Part shown: positions 7,790 through 16,095 of the stretch, in pieces
How positions within the stretch are numbered: position 1 is the stretch's first letter
How the letters are laid out: each line of letters begins with the position of its first letter
Assembly (NCBI RefSeq): GCF_000017945.1
Contig: NC_009776.1
Span: forward strand, 330,001-362,000
DNA length: 32,000 bases
Reading direction: 5' to 3'
From: Ignicoccus hospitalis KIN4/I
GTDB lineage: Archaea; Thermoproteota; Thermoprotei_A; Sulfolobales; Ignicoccaceae
Translations under genes and position numbers: made by a program
The notes under the pieces: model-generated
The model's input: only the letters and a program-made list of their open reading frames with translations
What the model was told of the DNA's origin: nothing
The model's database searches: none

Positions 7790-9004
7790 TTAAAGGATCT
7801 TAGAGAGCTTGTACTCTATTGCCTTAGCGTGGTACTTCATTCCCTCCAACCTCGCCAGCTCCGCTGCCAACTTCAGTAGGTCGGCAGCCTCCGGGAAGAC
7901 CTCCACCAGCGTGGTCCACCTCATGAAGTCTACGGGCCCCAGCGGGCCCCTCGCCTTGGCCCACCCGGAGGTGGGGAGCACGTGGTTGGGGCCGGCGGAG
8001 TAGTCCAAGAACGGGCTCGGGGCCTTGAAGGAGGCCGCCCCCGCGACCGGGGGCTCGTAGGTTTCCGCGTAAACGGAGACGTGCTCCGGCGCCAGCTCGC
8101 TCACCAACCTCTTCGCCTCCTCTAGGTCCCTCACGACCGTGGCGTAGAGCCCCCCTTCCACTTCCTCCCCCTTTACCCTCTTCTCTACTTCAAGCACCAG
8201 GCCCTCGTCCGTGGAGACCAGCAAGGCGAAGCTGGTGGGGCCGTGCTCCGCTTGGGCCAACATGTCGTAAGCTACCTCCTCCGGGTCCGCGGAGGAGTCA
8301 GCTATCACGGCGAGCTCCGTAGGACCGGCTATCATGTCGATGGGGACGTCGACGGAAACTAAGAGCTTGGCGGCTTGAACGTAGGGCCCCCCGGGGCCCA
8401 CGACCTTGTGAGCCCCGGCCACGTAGGCTAGGGCCGAGACCCCGTGGGCCCCGCCGGCGGCCAAGACGGAGTCCACCTTGGAGGCGAGGAACGCTGAAGC
8501 CATGACTTCGCTCGTGGCGAACTTGGGCGGGGTGGCGACAGTTACCTCCTTCACCCCTAAGGCCTTCGCAACTCCGGCGGTCATCAAGGCCGTGGAGGGG
8601 TAGGGGTAAAGGCCCCCGGGTACGTAAGCCCCCAAGCGCTCCACGGGCCTCCACAAGGTTACTGCCCTAACCCCCTTGGACGAGAAGGCGCTGTCCTTGG
8701 GGGCGGTTTGCTTGTGGAACGCGGAAAGTTGCTCCAAAACCTCCTCGAACAAGCTTACCAAGCTCTCCTTCGAGTAGGAGGCGAAGTCCTCCTGCGAGAG
8801 GGAGACGCAACCTTCGTAGTTATCGAACGCCTTGTTGTACTTCTTTACGGCCTCCAGCCCTCTGGCCTTAACTTCCTTAACTACGGGCATCACCTTCTCC
8901 ACGTATTCCCAAAGGTCCAAGGACCCCCTCACGTTCTTCACTTCCTCCGGCGGGACGAACTTCAGCAAGGAACCCCTCCCGGAGGCCCTCGCGGGCCCCT
9001 TCAA
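7790..9004 (-). CDS. hisD: Histidinol dehydrogenase
   Basis: GAYVPGGLYPYPSTALMT, GPGGPYVQAAK, IDMIAGPTELAVIAD, MLAQAEHGP (QAEH zinc site), YSAGPNHVLPTSG, EGMKYHAKA. The exact start is uncertain; TTG 9004 is the longest option. Confidence 0.85.
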   Translation of the reverse strand: MKGPARASGRGSLLKFVPPEEVKNVRGSLDLWEYVEKVMPVVKEVKARGLEAVKKYNKAFDNYEGCVSLSQEDFASYSKESLVSLFEEVLEQLSAFHKQTAPKDSAFSSKGVRAVTLWRPVERLGAYVPGGLYPYPSTALMTAGVAKALGVKEVTVATPPKFATSEVMASAFLASKVDSVLAAGGAHGVSALAYVAGAHKVVGPGGPYVQAAKLLVSVDVPIDMIAGPTELAVIADSSADPEEVAYDMLAQAEHGPTSFALLVSTDEGLVLEVEKRVKGEEVEGGLYATVVRDLEEAKRLVSELAPEHVSVYAETYEPPVAGAASFKAPSPFLDYSAGPNHVLPTSGWAKARGPLGPVDFMRWTTLVEVFPEAADLLKLAAELARLEGMKYHAKAIEYKLSKIL

Positions 9005-9019
9005 AGGCTGTTATGACCT

Positions 9020-9571
9020 TTAGACCCAGACCTTGACGTCCACCGCCCAGCAGCCCCTCTCGGAAACTATTAAGGGGTTTACTTCAAACACCTTGTATTC
9101 CGAAGCACAGAGCTTGACCAATACGTTTTCCACGCAGTTGAGGTCCAGCTTCTTCCGGGACTTCAAGGCCTCGCCCAGCTTAGACCGGTTGAGCTTCTTC
9201 TCGAAGACGACGACGCACAAGGGACAGAGCGTGACCAAGGACTCCTTGAGCAAGCTGGCGAGCACCCCTCCGGCCGCCACCACCAAGACCTTGCCGAACA
9301 CGGGGTCTCTCTTAGAAGAGACTAAGAGCTCCAAGTCCCCCCTAACGGCCTTCTGAACGATCGCCGAGCCGAACCTCTCCTCCAGCTCCTCCCTCGCCCT
9401 CTCGAGCTCCTCCTTCGTCTCTACGTAAATTACCGCCTTGGCCTCGGTCTTGTGGGGCAAGGGGACGTCGGCCTTCACGTAGGCCGGGGGCTCCACCCCC
9501 TCCCCCCACGGGGGGACCGGCAGGCCCAGCTCCTCCGCGAGCCTTAAAGACTCGGAGGGCCTTAACAGCAA
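9020..9571 (-). CDS. ADP-forming acetyl-CoA synthetase (ACD), beta/ATP-grasp subunit, unusually short
   Basis: ELGLPVPPW..., the KADVPLPHKTEAKAV phosphohistidine loop (HKTE), DPVFGKVLVVAAGG, and EVNPLIV at the C-terminus. It overlaps the end of the alpha subunit by 10 nt. Confidence 0.6.
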   Translation of the reverse strand: MLLRPSESLRLAEELGLPVPPWGEGVEPPAYVKADVPLPHKTEAKAVIYVETKEELERAREELEERFGSAIVQKAVRGDLELLVSSKRDPVFGKVLVVAAGGVLASLLKESLVTLCPLCVVVFEKKLNRSKLGEALKSRKKLDLNCVENVLVKLCASEYKVFEVNPLIVSERGCWAVDVKVWV

Positions 9572-10929
9572 GACTTCCTCGCCTCCGCGAGCTCCCTTGC
9601 GAACTTGTCCCTTAACAGTACCCGCGCGTACGCGACGGCTTCGTCCACGCCGAAGGCGAAGGGTATTTCCAGCTCCCTAGCCCTCCTTTCTAAGGCTTCC
9701 GCCATGGTTCCGCCGAACCCCAAGAGCAAGTGAGGTTTCCCGGTCCTTTCCATGCTTTCTTTGACTATGTCGGCGAGGTAGAGGCTTGTGGCGGGGGACT
9801 CCATGAGCGCTGCCACTATTATGAGGTCGTACTTGGGGGCCAGCCTCTCCAAGGCCTTCCGGTACCTCTCGTCGTCGGCGTCCCCGCCCACGTCGAGCGG
9901 GTTGTTCAACCTCAAGTAGCTGGGCAGCTCCCTCTCGAGCTCCCCGTCCACCGGCCTGGGCATCTTGTAGCCTTCTATCAAGTCCGTCAGCATTATGCCG
10001 ATGCCACCGGCGTCGGTCACTATTAACAGCTTGTCCCCCCTCAGCTCGGGGGAGTACTGGAGGGCCGATACGAAGGCCTTTACCTCGGCGAAGTCGTACA
10101 AGGGCGTGGCCCCGAACTCGAACAACAAGTCCCTGTACGCCTTGTAGTCGCCGGCCACCGAGGCGGTGTGGGAGGCCACCGCGGCGGCGCTCTCCCTCTT
10201 CCGCCCGCCCTTGTAAAAGCCTATCCTAGCGCCTCCTAGCCTCAACTTTAACACCGTTTCTAAGAAGGCCTTGCCCTCGCCCTCCCTGAGCCCCTCTATG
10301 TACATCAAGAAGTGGTTGAAGCCCTCCCCGAACAAGTAGTTGAGGACCTCGCTTTCTCCGACGTCTACTTTGTTGCCCAAGCTAACTGCAGCTCCTACGC
10401 CGCACCCCCTAGAGGCGGCCCAGTCCATGAGGCTCGCCGCCAGCGCCCCGCTCTGGCTGACCAGCGCCAGCCCGGAAGGCCGCGGCCTCGGGGTCCCGGC
10501 CTCGCGGAAGAAGAACGTGTCCAGCCCGGAGGGGTAATAGTAAATACCCAAGCAGTTGGGCCCCACCACCCTTATGCCGTGGGACAGAGCCTTCTCCTTT
10601 ATCCTATTTTCGAGCTCCTCGTTGCCCACTTCCGAGAACCCGGAAGTTATTATTATTAGGGCCCTCACGTCCTTTTCTATTGCGTCGTCCACCACCGCCT
10701 CCACGGCGCTCGTTGGTACAGCGACCACCGCGAGCTCCACCTCGTCCGGGACCTCCCGCAAGGACGGGTAGCAAGGGACGCCCAGCACTTCCTTGTACTT
10801 GGGGTTGACCGCGTAGAGCTTTCCCTTGTAAGACCTCTTCATGTTGCTCAGTATCACGTACCCGGGCTTGGGGACCTTTGGCGTGGCCCCCACCACCGCC
10901 ACAGAAGAGGGCTTGAAGAGGAAGTCCAA
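9562..10929 (-). CDS. ADP-forming acetyl-CoA synthetase (ACD), alpha subunit (CoA-binding and succinyl-CoA-synthetase-like flavodoxin domains)
   Basis: FKPSSVAVVGATPK...GKLYAVNPKYKEVLGVPCYPSL (CoA_binding_2), VGPNCLGI, ALVSQSGA, ASHTASVAGD (catalytic His). Confidence 0.8.
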   Translation of the reverse strand: MDFLFKPSSVAVVGATPKVPKPGYVILSNMKRSYKGKLYAVNPKYKEVLGVPCYPSLREVPDEVELAVVAVPTSAVEAVVDDAIEKDVRALIIITSGFSEVGNEELENRIKEKALSHGIRVVGPNCLGIYYYPSGLDTFFFREAGTPRPRPSGLALVSQSGALAASLMDWAASRGCGVGAAVSLGNKVDVGESEVLNYLFGEGFNHFLMYIEGLREGEGKAFLETVLKLRLGGARIGFYKGGRKRESAAAVASHTASVAGDYKAYRDLLFEFGATPLYDFAEVKAFVSALQYSPELRGDKLLIVTDAGGIGIMLTDLIEGYKMPRPVDGELERELPSYLRLNNPLDVGGDADDERYRKALERLAPKYDLIIVAALMESPATSLYLADIVKESMERTGKPHLLLGFGGTMAEALERRARELEIPFAFGVDEAVAYARVLLRDKFARELAEARKSCC

Positions 10930-10968
10930 GCGCTCCTTCCCCGACCTCTTCCTTGGAGGCCGTTTCAG

Positions 10969-10977
10969 TTATTTTAA
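10969..10977. promoter_or_regulatory. AT-rich TATA-like element in the divergent ACD-alpha / eL13 intergenic region
   Basis: 'ttattttaa' is the only AT-rich block between the start at 10929 (-) and 11025 (+). Its position argues against the 10953 start for eL13. Confidence 0.35.
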
Positions 10978-11024
10978 CCTCCCTTGGAGGGGCCCTGAGG
11001 GGAAGGGAAGTGGAGGAGAGGCCG

Positions 11025-11243
11025 GTGGCCTACGTTTTGACGCCCGTATTGAGGAAGGACGCCGGTAAGAAGCCCAAGATGAGGAGGGGAAGGGGCTTCA
11101 GCAAGGGCGAGCTCGAAGCAGTGGGGCTGGACTTCAAGAAGGCCCTCAAGATGGGGATACCTATAGACAAGAGGAGGAAGACCGTACACGAGTGGAACGT
11201 GGAAGCCTTGAAGAAGTGGTTGTCCCAGAAGGGCGGGGAATGA
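11025..11243 (+). CDS. rpl13e: Large-subunit ribosomal protein eL13 (L13e)
   Basis: RRGRGFSKGELEAVGLDFKKALKMGIPIDKRRKTVHEWNVEALKKWL matches the eukaryote/crenarchaeal L13e core (RAGRGFSLxELxxAGI...GIxVDxRR). I chose the in-frame GTG 11025 over 10953 because of the TATA-like element at 10969. Confidence 0.65.
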   Translation: MAYVLTPVLRKDAGKKPKMRRGRGFSKGELEAVGLDFKKALKMGIPIDKRRKTVHEWNVEALKKWLSQKGGE

Positions 11244-11341
11244 GGAGGAAGCTCTTCTTCGCGGTCTTAATGTTGTGGGTAATAGGCGTCATAAGCCTCC
11301 TTTACCTCTACTGGTCGCTCTGGGCCTCGGTGATCCGTTGA
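11240..11341 (+). CDS. Candidate 33-aa single-pass membrane miniprotein
   Basis: This ORF is below the track's size cutoff. It reads ATG...TGA = MRRKLFFAVLMLWVIGVISLLYLYWSLWASVIR. Its ATG overlaps the eL13 stop (ATGA), and its TGA overlaps the TTG start I propose for ubiX (TTGA). Confidence 0.25.
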   Translation: MRRKLFFAVLMLWVIGVISLLYLYWSLWASVIR

Positions 11342-11931
11342 GGCTCGCGCTGGCTATAACGGGGGCCTCGGGGCTCCCCATAGCGTTCGAGCTCCTCGAC
11401 TCCTTGAAGGGCTTCGAGGTGGACGTGGTAGTGACCCCCGGGGCCCTCGAGGTGGCCAAGCTAGAACCTTGCACCTTGGAGGACGAAGGTTGCGACTTGA
11501 TAAAGGAACTTGCAAAGAGGAGGGTTAGGATACACACCAACATGAGGTCCCCCTTGGCCTCCAGCTCCCGCGCCCCGGACGCGGCGGTCTGCGCGCCGTG
11601 CTCCATGAAGACGGTCGCTTCAGTGGCCTACGGGATAGGGGACACGTTGGCCTCGAGGCTGTTGCTGAACATGTTGAGGCTCCGGAGGAAGGTGGTCGTG
11701 GTCCCCCGTGAGACCCCCGTTGGGGCGATAGAGCTTGAGGCCATGAGGAGGGTCGCGGAGGCCGGGGCGGCAGTGGTGCTCCCCGTGTTGGCTTTCTACA
11801 ACAGGCCCAAGAGCTTGAGGGACGCCGTTAGGTTCGTGGTCGGCAAGGTGTTGGACGCTTTGGGCGTAGAAAACGAGCTCTACGGGCGCTACTTAGCTGG
11901 GGAGCTGGATGACCGGCACGCCCCCGATTAG
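11338..11931 (+). CDS. ubiX: Flavin prenyltransferase UbiX (prenyl-FMN synthase)
   Basis: LALAITGASGLPIAFELL, CAPCSMKTVASVAYGIGDTL, RRKVVVVPRETPVGAIELEAM, AFYNRPKSLRDAV. Start set at TTG 11338, which gives the typical M-R-L-x-x-x-ITGASG N-terminus. In archaea UbiX supplies prFMN to UbiD-family decarboxylases, including the one in the archaeal mevalonate pathway. Confidence 0.8.
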   Translation: MRLALAITGASGLPIAFELLDSLKGFEVDVVVTPGALEVAKLEPCTLEDEGCDLIKELAKRRVRIHTNMRSPLASSSRAPDAAVCAPCSMKTVASVAYGIGDTLASRLLLNMLRLRRKVVVVPRETPVGAIELEAMRRVAEAGAAVVLPVLAFYNRPKSLRDAVRFVVGKVLDALGVENELYGRYLAGELDDRHAPD

Positions 11932-12774
11932 TACTTCCCTCTTCCTGGTGAGCAAGACCCCTCCGGCCCCCCTGCTCTCCACCATCTCCATTAGCAAGTT
12001 CTCCAAGTTGTTGGAGAGCCTCCCTATCTCGGCCTCCTCCCTGTCCATGACTACGACGTCCTTGAACATCTCCGCCACCTCCAAGCCGGAGAGGCTCACC
12101 GGGGGCCTCTCCTCGGTCCCCACGAAGCTGTCCTTGAACTCTTGTAGGGATACCTTCAACTTCGGCTTAATTTTGTTCTCTATTATGGTGTCTAAATAGT
12201 TCAGAAGCCTCTCGGCCTCTATGTACTCGTACAGTATCCCGTGACTCGCCATTATGCTCAGCGCTTGGCCGCTTATCTGGGAGGCCAAGTCCTTCTTCTC
12301 GCCTTTAACTAAACTCATCAAATATTCAGAAATGCCCAAGAAGAGGGATATGTCCTTGGGGGCGGCGGGGGGAACGGAGATGGTTATGTTGAACGGGTCC
12401 ATTATTGTCCATGAGTTAACGTAAAGCTTGTTATAGTTGCTGAGGATGAGGAGGGAGGCATTGGCCCCCGAACGGGTGGGAACAATGAAGGCTATCTCAT
12501 CTATACCTATGCCCCTTACGACCTTTTCGAATATCTCCGGGAAGTATATGCTTCCCCCGAAGGCGTATATCAAGACGTATAAGTTGTTACACCCCTCGTT
12601 CTTGAGCTCTAAGACCGCTTTGGTGAGCTTAGTGGGGACGTAAACGGTGTCCAGAGAGGCGCTGTTGGAGGGCGAGGTCACCAAGGCCATTAGGCAAGCG
12701 CCGGGGTCCTTGAGCTTGAGCGCGTCCTCGAGCTCCCTGAGAGCGAGCTTGTGAGGCTCGCCTCCTACGAACAT
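11893..12774 (-). CDS. ClpP/S49-fold 'serine dehydrogenase proteinase'-like protein (PF01972-like)
   Basis: LRELEDAL...LMALVTS...NLYVLIYAFGGSIYFPEIFEKVV...IAFIVPTRSGANASLLILSNYNKLYVNSWTIMDPF resembles the family pattern (IxxLE..., DLILHTPGG..., VFVPxxAMSGGTLIALAADEIxM...GPxDPQ). The gene is visibly AT-richer than its neighbours. ATG start. Confidence 0.45.
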   Translation of the reverse strand: MFVGGEPHKLALRELEDALKLKDPGACLMALVTSPSNSASLDTVYVPTKLTKAVLELKNEGCNNLYVLIYAFGGSIYFPEIFEKVVRGIGIDEIAFIVPTRSGANASLLILSNYNKLYVNSWTIMDPFNITISVPPAAPKDISLFLGISEYLMSLVKGEKKDLASQISGQALSIMASHGILYEYIEAERLLNYLDTIIENKIKPKLKVSLQEFKDSFVGTEERPPVSLSGLEVAEMFKDVVVMDREEAEIGRLSNNLENLLMEMVESRGAGGVLLTRKREVLIGGVPVIQLPS

Positions 12775-12827
12775 TATATCGCTCCCCCGCGGCCGGGGAG
12801 GCGAAGGTTATAACGAGGGGGCGCGCC

Positions 12828-13901
12828 GTGGTGGGCTTAGAGCTGGAAGCCCTAGCGGTAGAGCCCGAGCCCATGGACAGAGAACGGTGGCTTAAGCTCT
12901 TGGGGGAGGTGGACGGAGAGGAGCTGAAGGACCCTTGCACGGGCCAAGTAATTGGTAAGAGAACGAATGAGTTCGTAGTAAAGACTGACACCACTAGCGC
13001 TATAATAGAGATAAGCGTAGAGCCGGGACCTAAGGCAATAAGCAAGGCCTTCCAAGCTCTAGAGCTCTTAGGGGTGAGGCCCTACGCGCGGGCTTACTAC
13101 CCGCCCCCGGGGCGCCGGTGGTACCTCAAGAATGCCACCCCGAGGGGGCACTACAGGCTGCTCCACTGGTACGGCTACTCACACTGGGAGATAGCTACCA
13201 TGGCCTCCAGCCAAGTGTGGTTGGACGTCAGCAAGGAAGAGCTCCCGAGGGTCTTAGACGCTATAAACAAGGCGTCCCCGTGGCTGTTGAAGAAGTATTC
13301 CAACTCCCCGTTCGCGGGGTGGAAGGAGTACCGGGTTAGGGCTTGGCAGCTCTTCTCCGAGCGTTCGTGGGCGAGCGCGCCCTACCCTTGGGCCCCCAAG
13401 CCCTTCTCCGGCTGGGCCGACGTGTTGGAAGACCTAACCTCCGGCGCCCCTCAAGAGGCGGAGCCTTGTCTGGACCTAAGCCTCAACGCCTGGGAGGAGC
13501 TGGCAGAGGCCTTCGCGAAGGGGAAGGTCTTGGCGAGGAGGGCCGACATGGGCCTCGCTTACGCAACCCCCCAAGGGGTTCTGAAGGGGATGCAGAGGTG
13601 GACCTTCAGGCCGGCGATAGCTAGGTGGAGGCCCAAGCCCTCCCCCCGCCCCGAGGCCCTCAAGGGGGCGCTGGAAGGGAACCCCAAGCCCTTCTTAGAC
13701 AGCTTGGAGAAGGTTATGGTGGAAGTGAGGCTGCTGCCTTACTTGCCCCAAGAGAGGCTGGAGGAGGCGGTGGAGGACTTGTTGAAGTTGGCGAGGGCCG
13801 AGCCCCCAGAGGTCGGGTGGGCGGAGCTGAGGGAAGCCTACGTGAGGGCGGCCATGGGCAAGAGGTTGCCGGAGTGGGCCTCGTGGCCGGAAGGGGTCTG
13901 A
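12828..13901 (+). CDS. Glutamate-cysteine ligase family 2 (GCS2)-like carboxylate-amine ligase
   Basis: VGLELEA (N-terminal GxExE), IIEISVEPGP (cf. ExxxEPGxQxE), TPRGHYRLL (cf. PKxRY), MASSQVWLDVSKEE (cf. TxxxQVNLDxxxE), KKYSNSPFAGWKEYRVRAW (cf. ANSPFxxGxxxGxxSxRxxxW). Confidence 0.5.
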   Translation: MVGLELEALAVEPEPMDRERWLKLLGEVDGEELKDPCTGQVIGKRTNEFVVKTDTTSAIIEISVEPGPKAISKAFQALELLGVRPYARAYYPPPGRRWYLKNATPRGHYRLLHWYGYSHWEIATMASSQVWLDVSKEELPRVLDAINKASPWLLKKYSNSPFAGWKEYRVRAWQLFSERSWASAPYPWAPKPFSGWADVLEDLTSGAPQEAEPCLDLSLNAWEELAEAFAKGKVLARRADMGLAYATPQGVLKGMQRWTFRPAIARWRPKPSPRPEALKGALEGNPKPFLDSLEKVMVEVRLLPYLPQERLEEAVEDLLKLARAEPPEVGWAELREAYVRAAMGKRLPEWASWPEGV

Positions 13902-13916
13902 CGGGGGTTCTCCTCG

Positions 13917-15161
13917 TCACCCCTCAGCTTTAACGGGCTCCCCCTTCATCCCCTCCACCTCGCGCCCGTCCACGCGTAATAACGTGAGGACCCCCGCCGC
14001 GCCCAGCGCCGCCGCCACGGGGAAGGCCAACCCCCCTCCGACGCCGGAGGCCTCCAACCACTTGTAGAGCGCGGCCCCGACCAAGGGGCCTACTATCATG
14101 CCCAAGTTGAAGTAAGCTTGCTGCATGCCGAACACCTTAGCGGTCAACTCCCTAGGGACCAAGTCGCTTACCAAACTCCTTATGAGGGGTATTACTACAG
14201 TTATCGCGAAGTTTTGTACAGTCAGTATAGCTAGGAGGATAAAGTAACTTTTCGTGAGGCCCACCGCAGCTAACGCGAGCTTGTGCAACAGCCCTAAACC
14301 TATAGCTACTTTCAACTTATTCGTAAAGTCAAATTCATCGAGCCTCTTCATCAAGGGAGAGGCGAGGGCCATCCCCAAAAGGCCGCTGAGCGCCACCAGC
14401 GAGGACAGCTTTATTGGCACGGAGGTTACGTACTGCATTATGTATATTATCAATACGCTCATAAATATTCCGGCAGAAAAGCCGTTGGCAAAGGCGTTGA
14501 AGAAGAAAACGTAAAGCGCCGACTTTATCTTGGCGTGGAGCTCCCTCACCTTCATTTTAGTTTTATACCTCACGTCCGGCAGCTTGAAGATTAAGAGCAA
14601 GCCCGCCAGCGCGCCCAAGGGGAGGAGCGCGAAGGGGACCCTTACCGCCACGGGGAGGGGCAGCGAGGAAGACGCTTGGAGCGCCGCTCCCCCTACCGCG
14701 GGCCCCAAGATCATGCCGACGTTAAACGCCATGACGTAGAGCATCAAAGCCCTCGTCTTCTTCCCGCCGGCGAACTCCACTATCATGGACTCCGCCACCG
14801 GCCACACCATCGCCGAAGCCACCCCTTGTAGGGCTCTGGATACCAAAACTTCCCAGTAGTTCTCCGTAACTATTAACCATATTCCGCTGACAAGGTACAA
14901 TATCAAGCCTACTACCACTGACCTCTTCATTCCTATCCTTTCCGCTATGTAGCCGGAGAGGAATGCAATGACAACCCTGGTACCCATGAAGGTTGACGTG
15001 AGCGCTCCGAACTCCAAAGCGACCTTGCTAGCGTTGAGCAGCTCTGCGTTCAGCGTTTTTAGTTCTCCTTTCAAGTACATCAAGAAGTACGGTAAAGCCA
15101 CGTTAGAGGCCGAAAACGTTATCGAGATTATCGCAGAAAGGGCGACCAGCTTCGTCCACAA
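13917..15161 (-). CDS. Major facilitator superfamily (MFS) transporter
   Basis: 414 aa with about 12 TM segments. An MFS loop 2-3-like motif is present (GYIAERIGMKRS). AT-richer than the flanking genes. Confidence 0.75.
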   Translation of the reverse strand: MWTKLVALSAIISITFSASNVALPYFLMYLKGELKTLNAELLNASKVALEFGALTSTFMGTRVVIAFLSGYIAERIGMKRSVVVGLILYLVSGIWLIVTENYWEVLVSRALQGVASAMVWPVAESMIVEFAGGKKTRALMLYVMAFNVGMILGPAVGGAALQASSSLPLPVAVRVPFALLPLGALAGLLLIFKLPDVRYKTKMKVRELHAKIKSALYVFFFNAFANGFSAGIFMSVLIIYIMQYVTSVPIKLSSLVALSGLLGMALASPLMKRLDEFDFTNKLKVAIGLGLLHKLALAAVGLTKSYFILLAILTVQNFAITVVIPLIRSLVSDLVPRELTAKVFGMQQAYFNLGMIVGPLVGAALYKWLEASGVGGGLAFPVAAALGAAGVLTLLRVDGREVEGMKGEPVKAEG

Positions 15162-15246
15162 GCCCCCTTACCTAGGCCCGGCCGCCCGGGGCCCTTATTG
15201 TGTGAACAGAAATAACCGCTGGATGTAAGCCCTCTGGGCTAAGGAA

Positions 15247-16038
15247 GTGAAGAAGGTTACCATAAGAGATATTATGAAAAAGTACAAAAATGGCGAAAAG
15301 ATCGTCATGGTTACCGCTTACGATTACCCGTTCGCCAAGCTCGTGGACGAGGCCGGCGTGGACATGATCCTGGTTGGGGACTCCTTGGGCATGGTAGTCC
15401 TCGGCTACCCCTCTACCAACCAAGTCACCATGAAGGACATGCTCCACCACGTGGCGGCGGTCGCGAGGGCGAACCCCAAAGCGATGATAGTTGGGGACAT
15501 GCCCTTCGGGAGCTACGAGGTTTCCGAGGAAGAGGCGGTGAGAAACGCGGTGGAGCTGGTGAGGGCCGGGGCTGAAGCGGTGAAGTTAGAAGGGGGAAAG
15601 GAGGTGGCGGACAAGGTTGAGGCCATAGTGAAGGCCGGGATACCGGTGATGGGTCACTTGGGCTTGACGCCGCAGAAGAGGCACGCCTTGGGCGGCTACC
15701 GCTTGAGGGGCAAGACGGAAGAGGAAGCGAGGGAGCTGCTGGAAGACGCGAAGGCGTTGGAGGAGGCGGGGGTCTTCTCCATAGTCCTTGAATTCGTCAA
15801 GGCCGAGGTGGCTAAGAAGATCACCGAAGAGGTCGGCGTGCCTACGATATGCATAGGCGCCGGTCCTTGGTGTTCGGGCCAAGTGTTGGTAATTCACGAC
15901 ATATTGGGCTTGGCCCCCTTCAGCCCTCCCTTCGCTAAGAAGTACTTCGACTGCGGCAAGGCCATAGTGGAAGCTGTGAAGAAGTTCGCCGAGGAGGTCA
16001 GGTCGGGAGAGTTCCCGGGGGAGGGGTACTACTGGTAG
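15247..16038 (+). CDS. panB: 3-methyl-2-oxobutanoate hydroxymethyltransferase (ketopantoate hydroxymethyltransferase)
   Basis: KIVMVTAYDYPFAKLVDEAGVDMILVGDSLGMVVLGY, MIVGDMPFGSY, VKLEGG, GHLGLTPQ, IGAG. Confidence 0.9.
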   Translation: MKKVTIRDIMKKYKNGEKIVMVTAYDYPFAKLVDEAGVDMILVGDSLGMVVLGYPSTNQVTMKDMLHHVAAVARANPKAMIVGDMPFGSYEVSEEEAVRNAVELVRAGAEAVKLEGGKEVADKVEAIVKAGIPVMGHLGLTPQKRHALGGYRLRGKTEEEARELLEDAKALEEAGVFSIVLEFVKAEVAKKITEEVGVPTICIGAGPWCSGQVLVIHDILGLAPFSPPFAKKYFDCGKAIVEAVKKFAEEVRSGEFPGEGYYW

Positions 16039-16095
16039 TTTCCTAAGCCTCCACTTGATAACTCCCCTTAGGGGGAGGGCTACCGGTCACGGATT

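Noticed and set aside
12629-13045. A 138-aa minus-strand ORF bridging the divergent promoter between the S49-like gene and the GCS2 gene.
   Set aside because: It overlaps the 5' ends of two better-supported genes and the AT-rich promoter elements. It is Ser/Pro/Arg-rich with no motifs.
16062-16077. A small perfect hairpin (CTCCCC-TTAG-GGGGAG) between panB and rtcB. Similar short GC hairpins occur at 543-556 and 13898-13921.
   Set aside because: Six-bp stems are expected by chance in GC-rich intergenic DNA. Archaeal termination relies on oligo-T tracts rather than hairpins, and I found no conserved repeated element.
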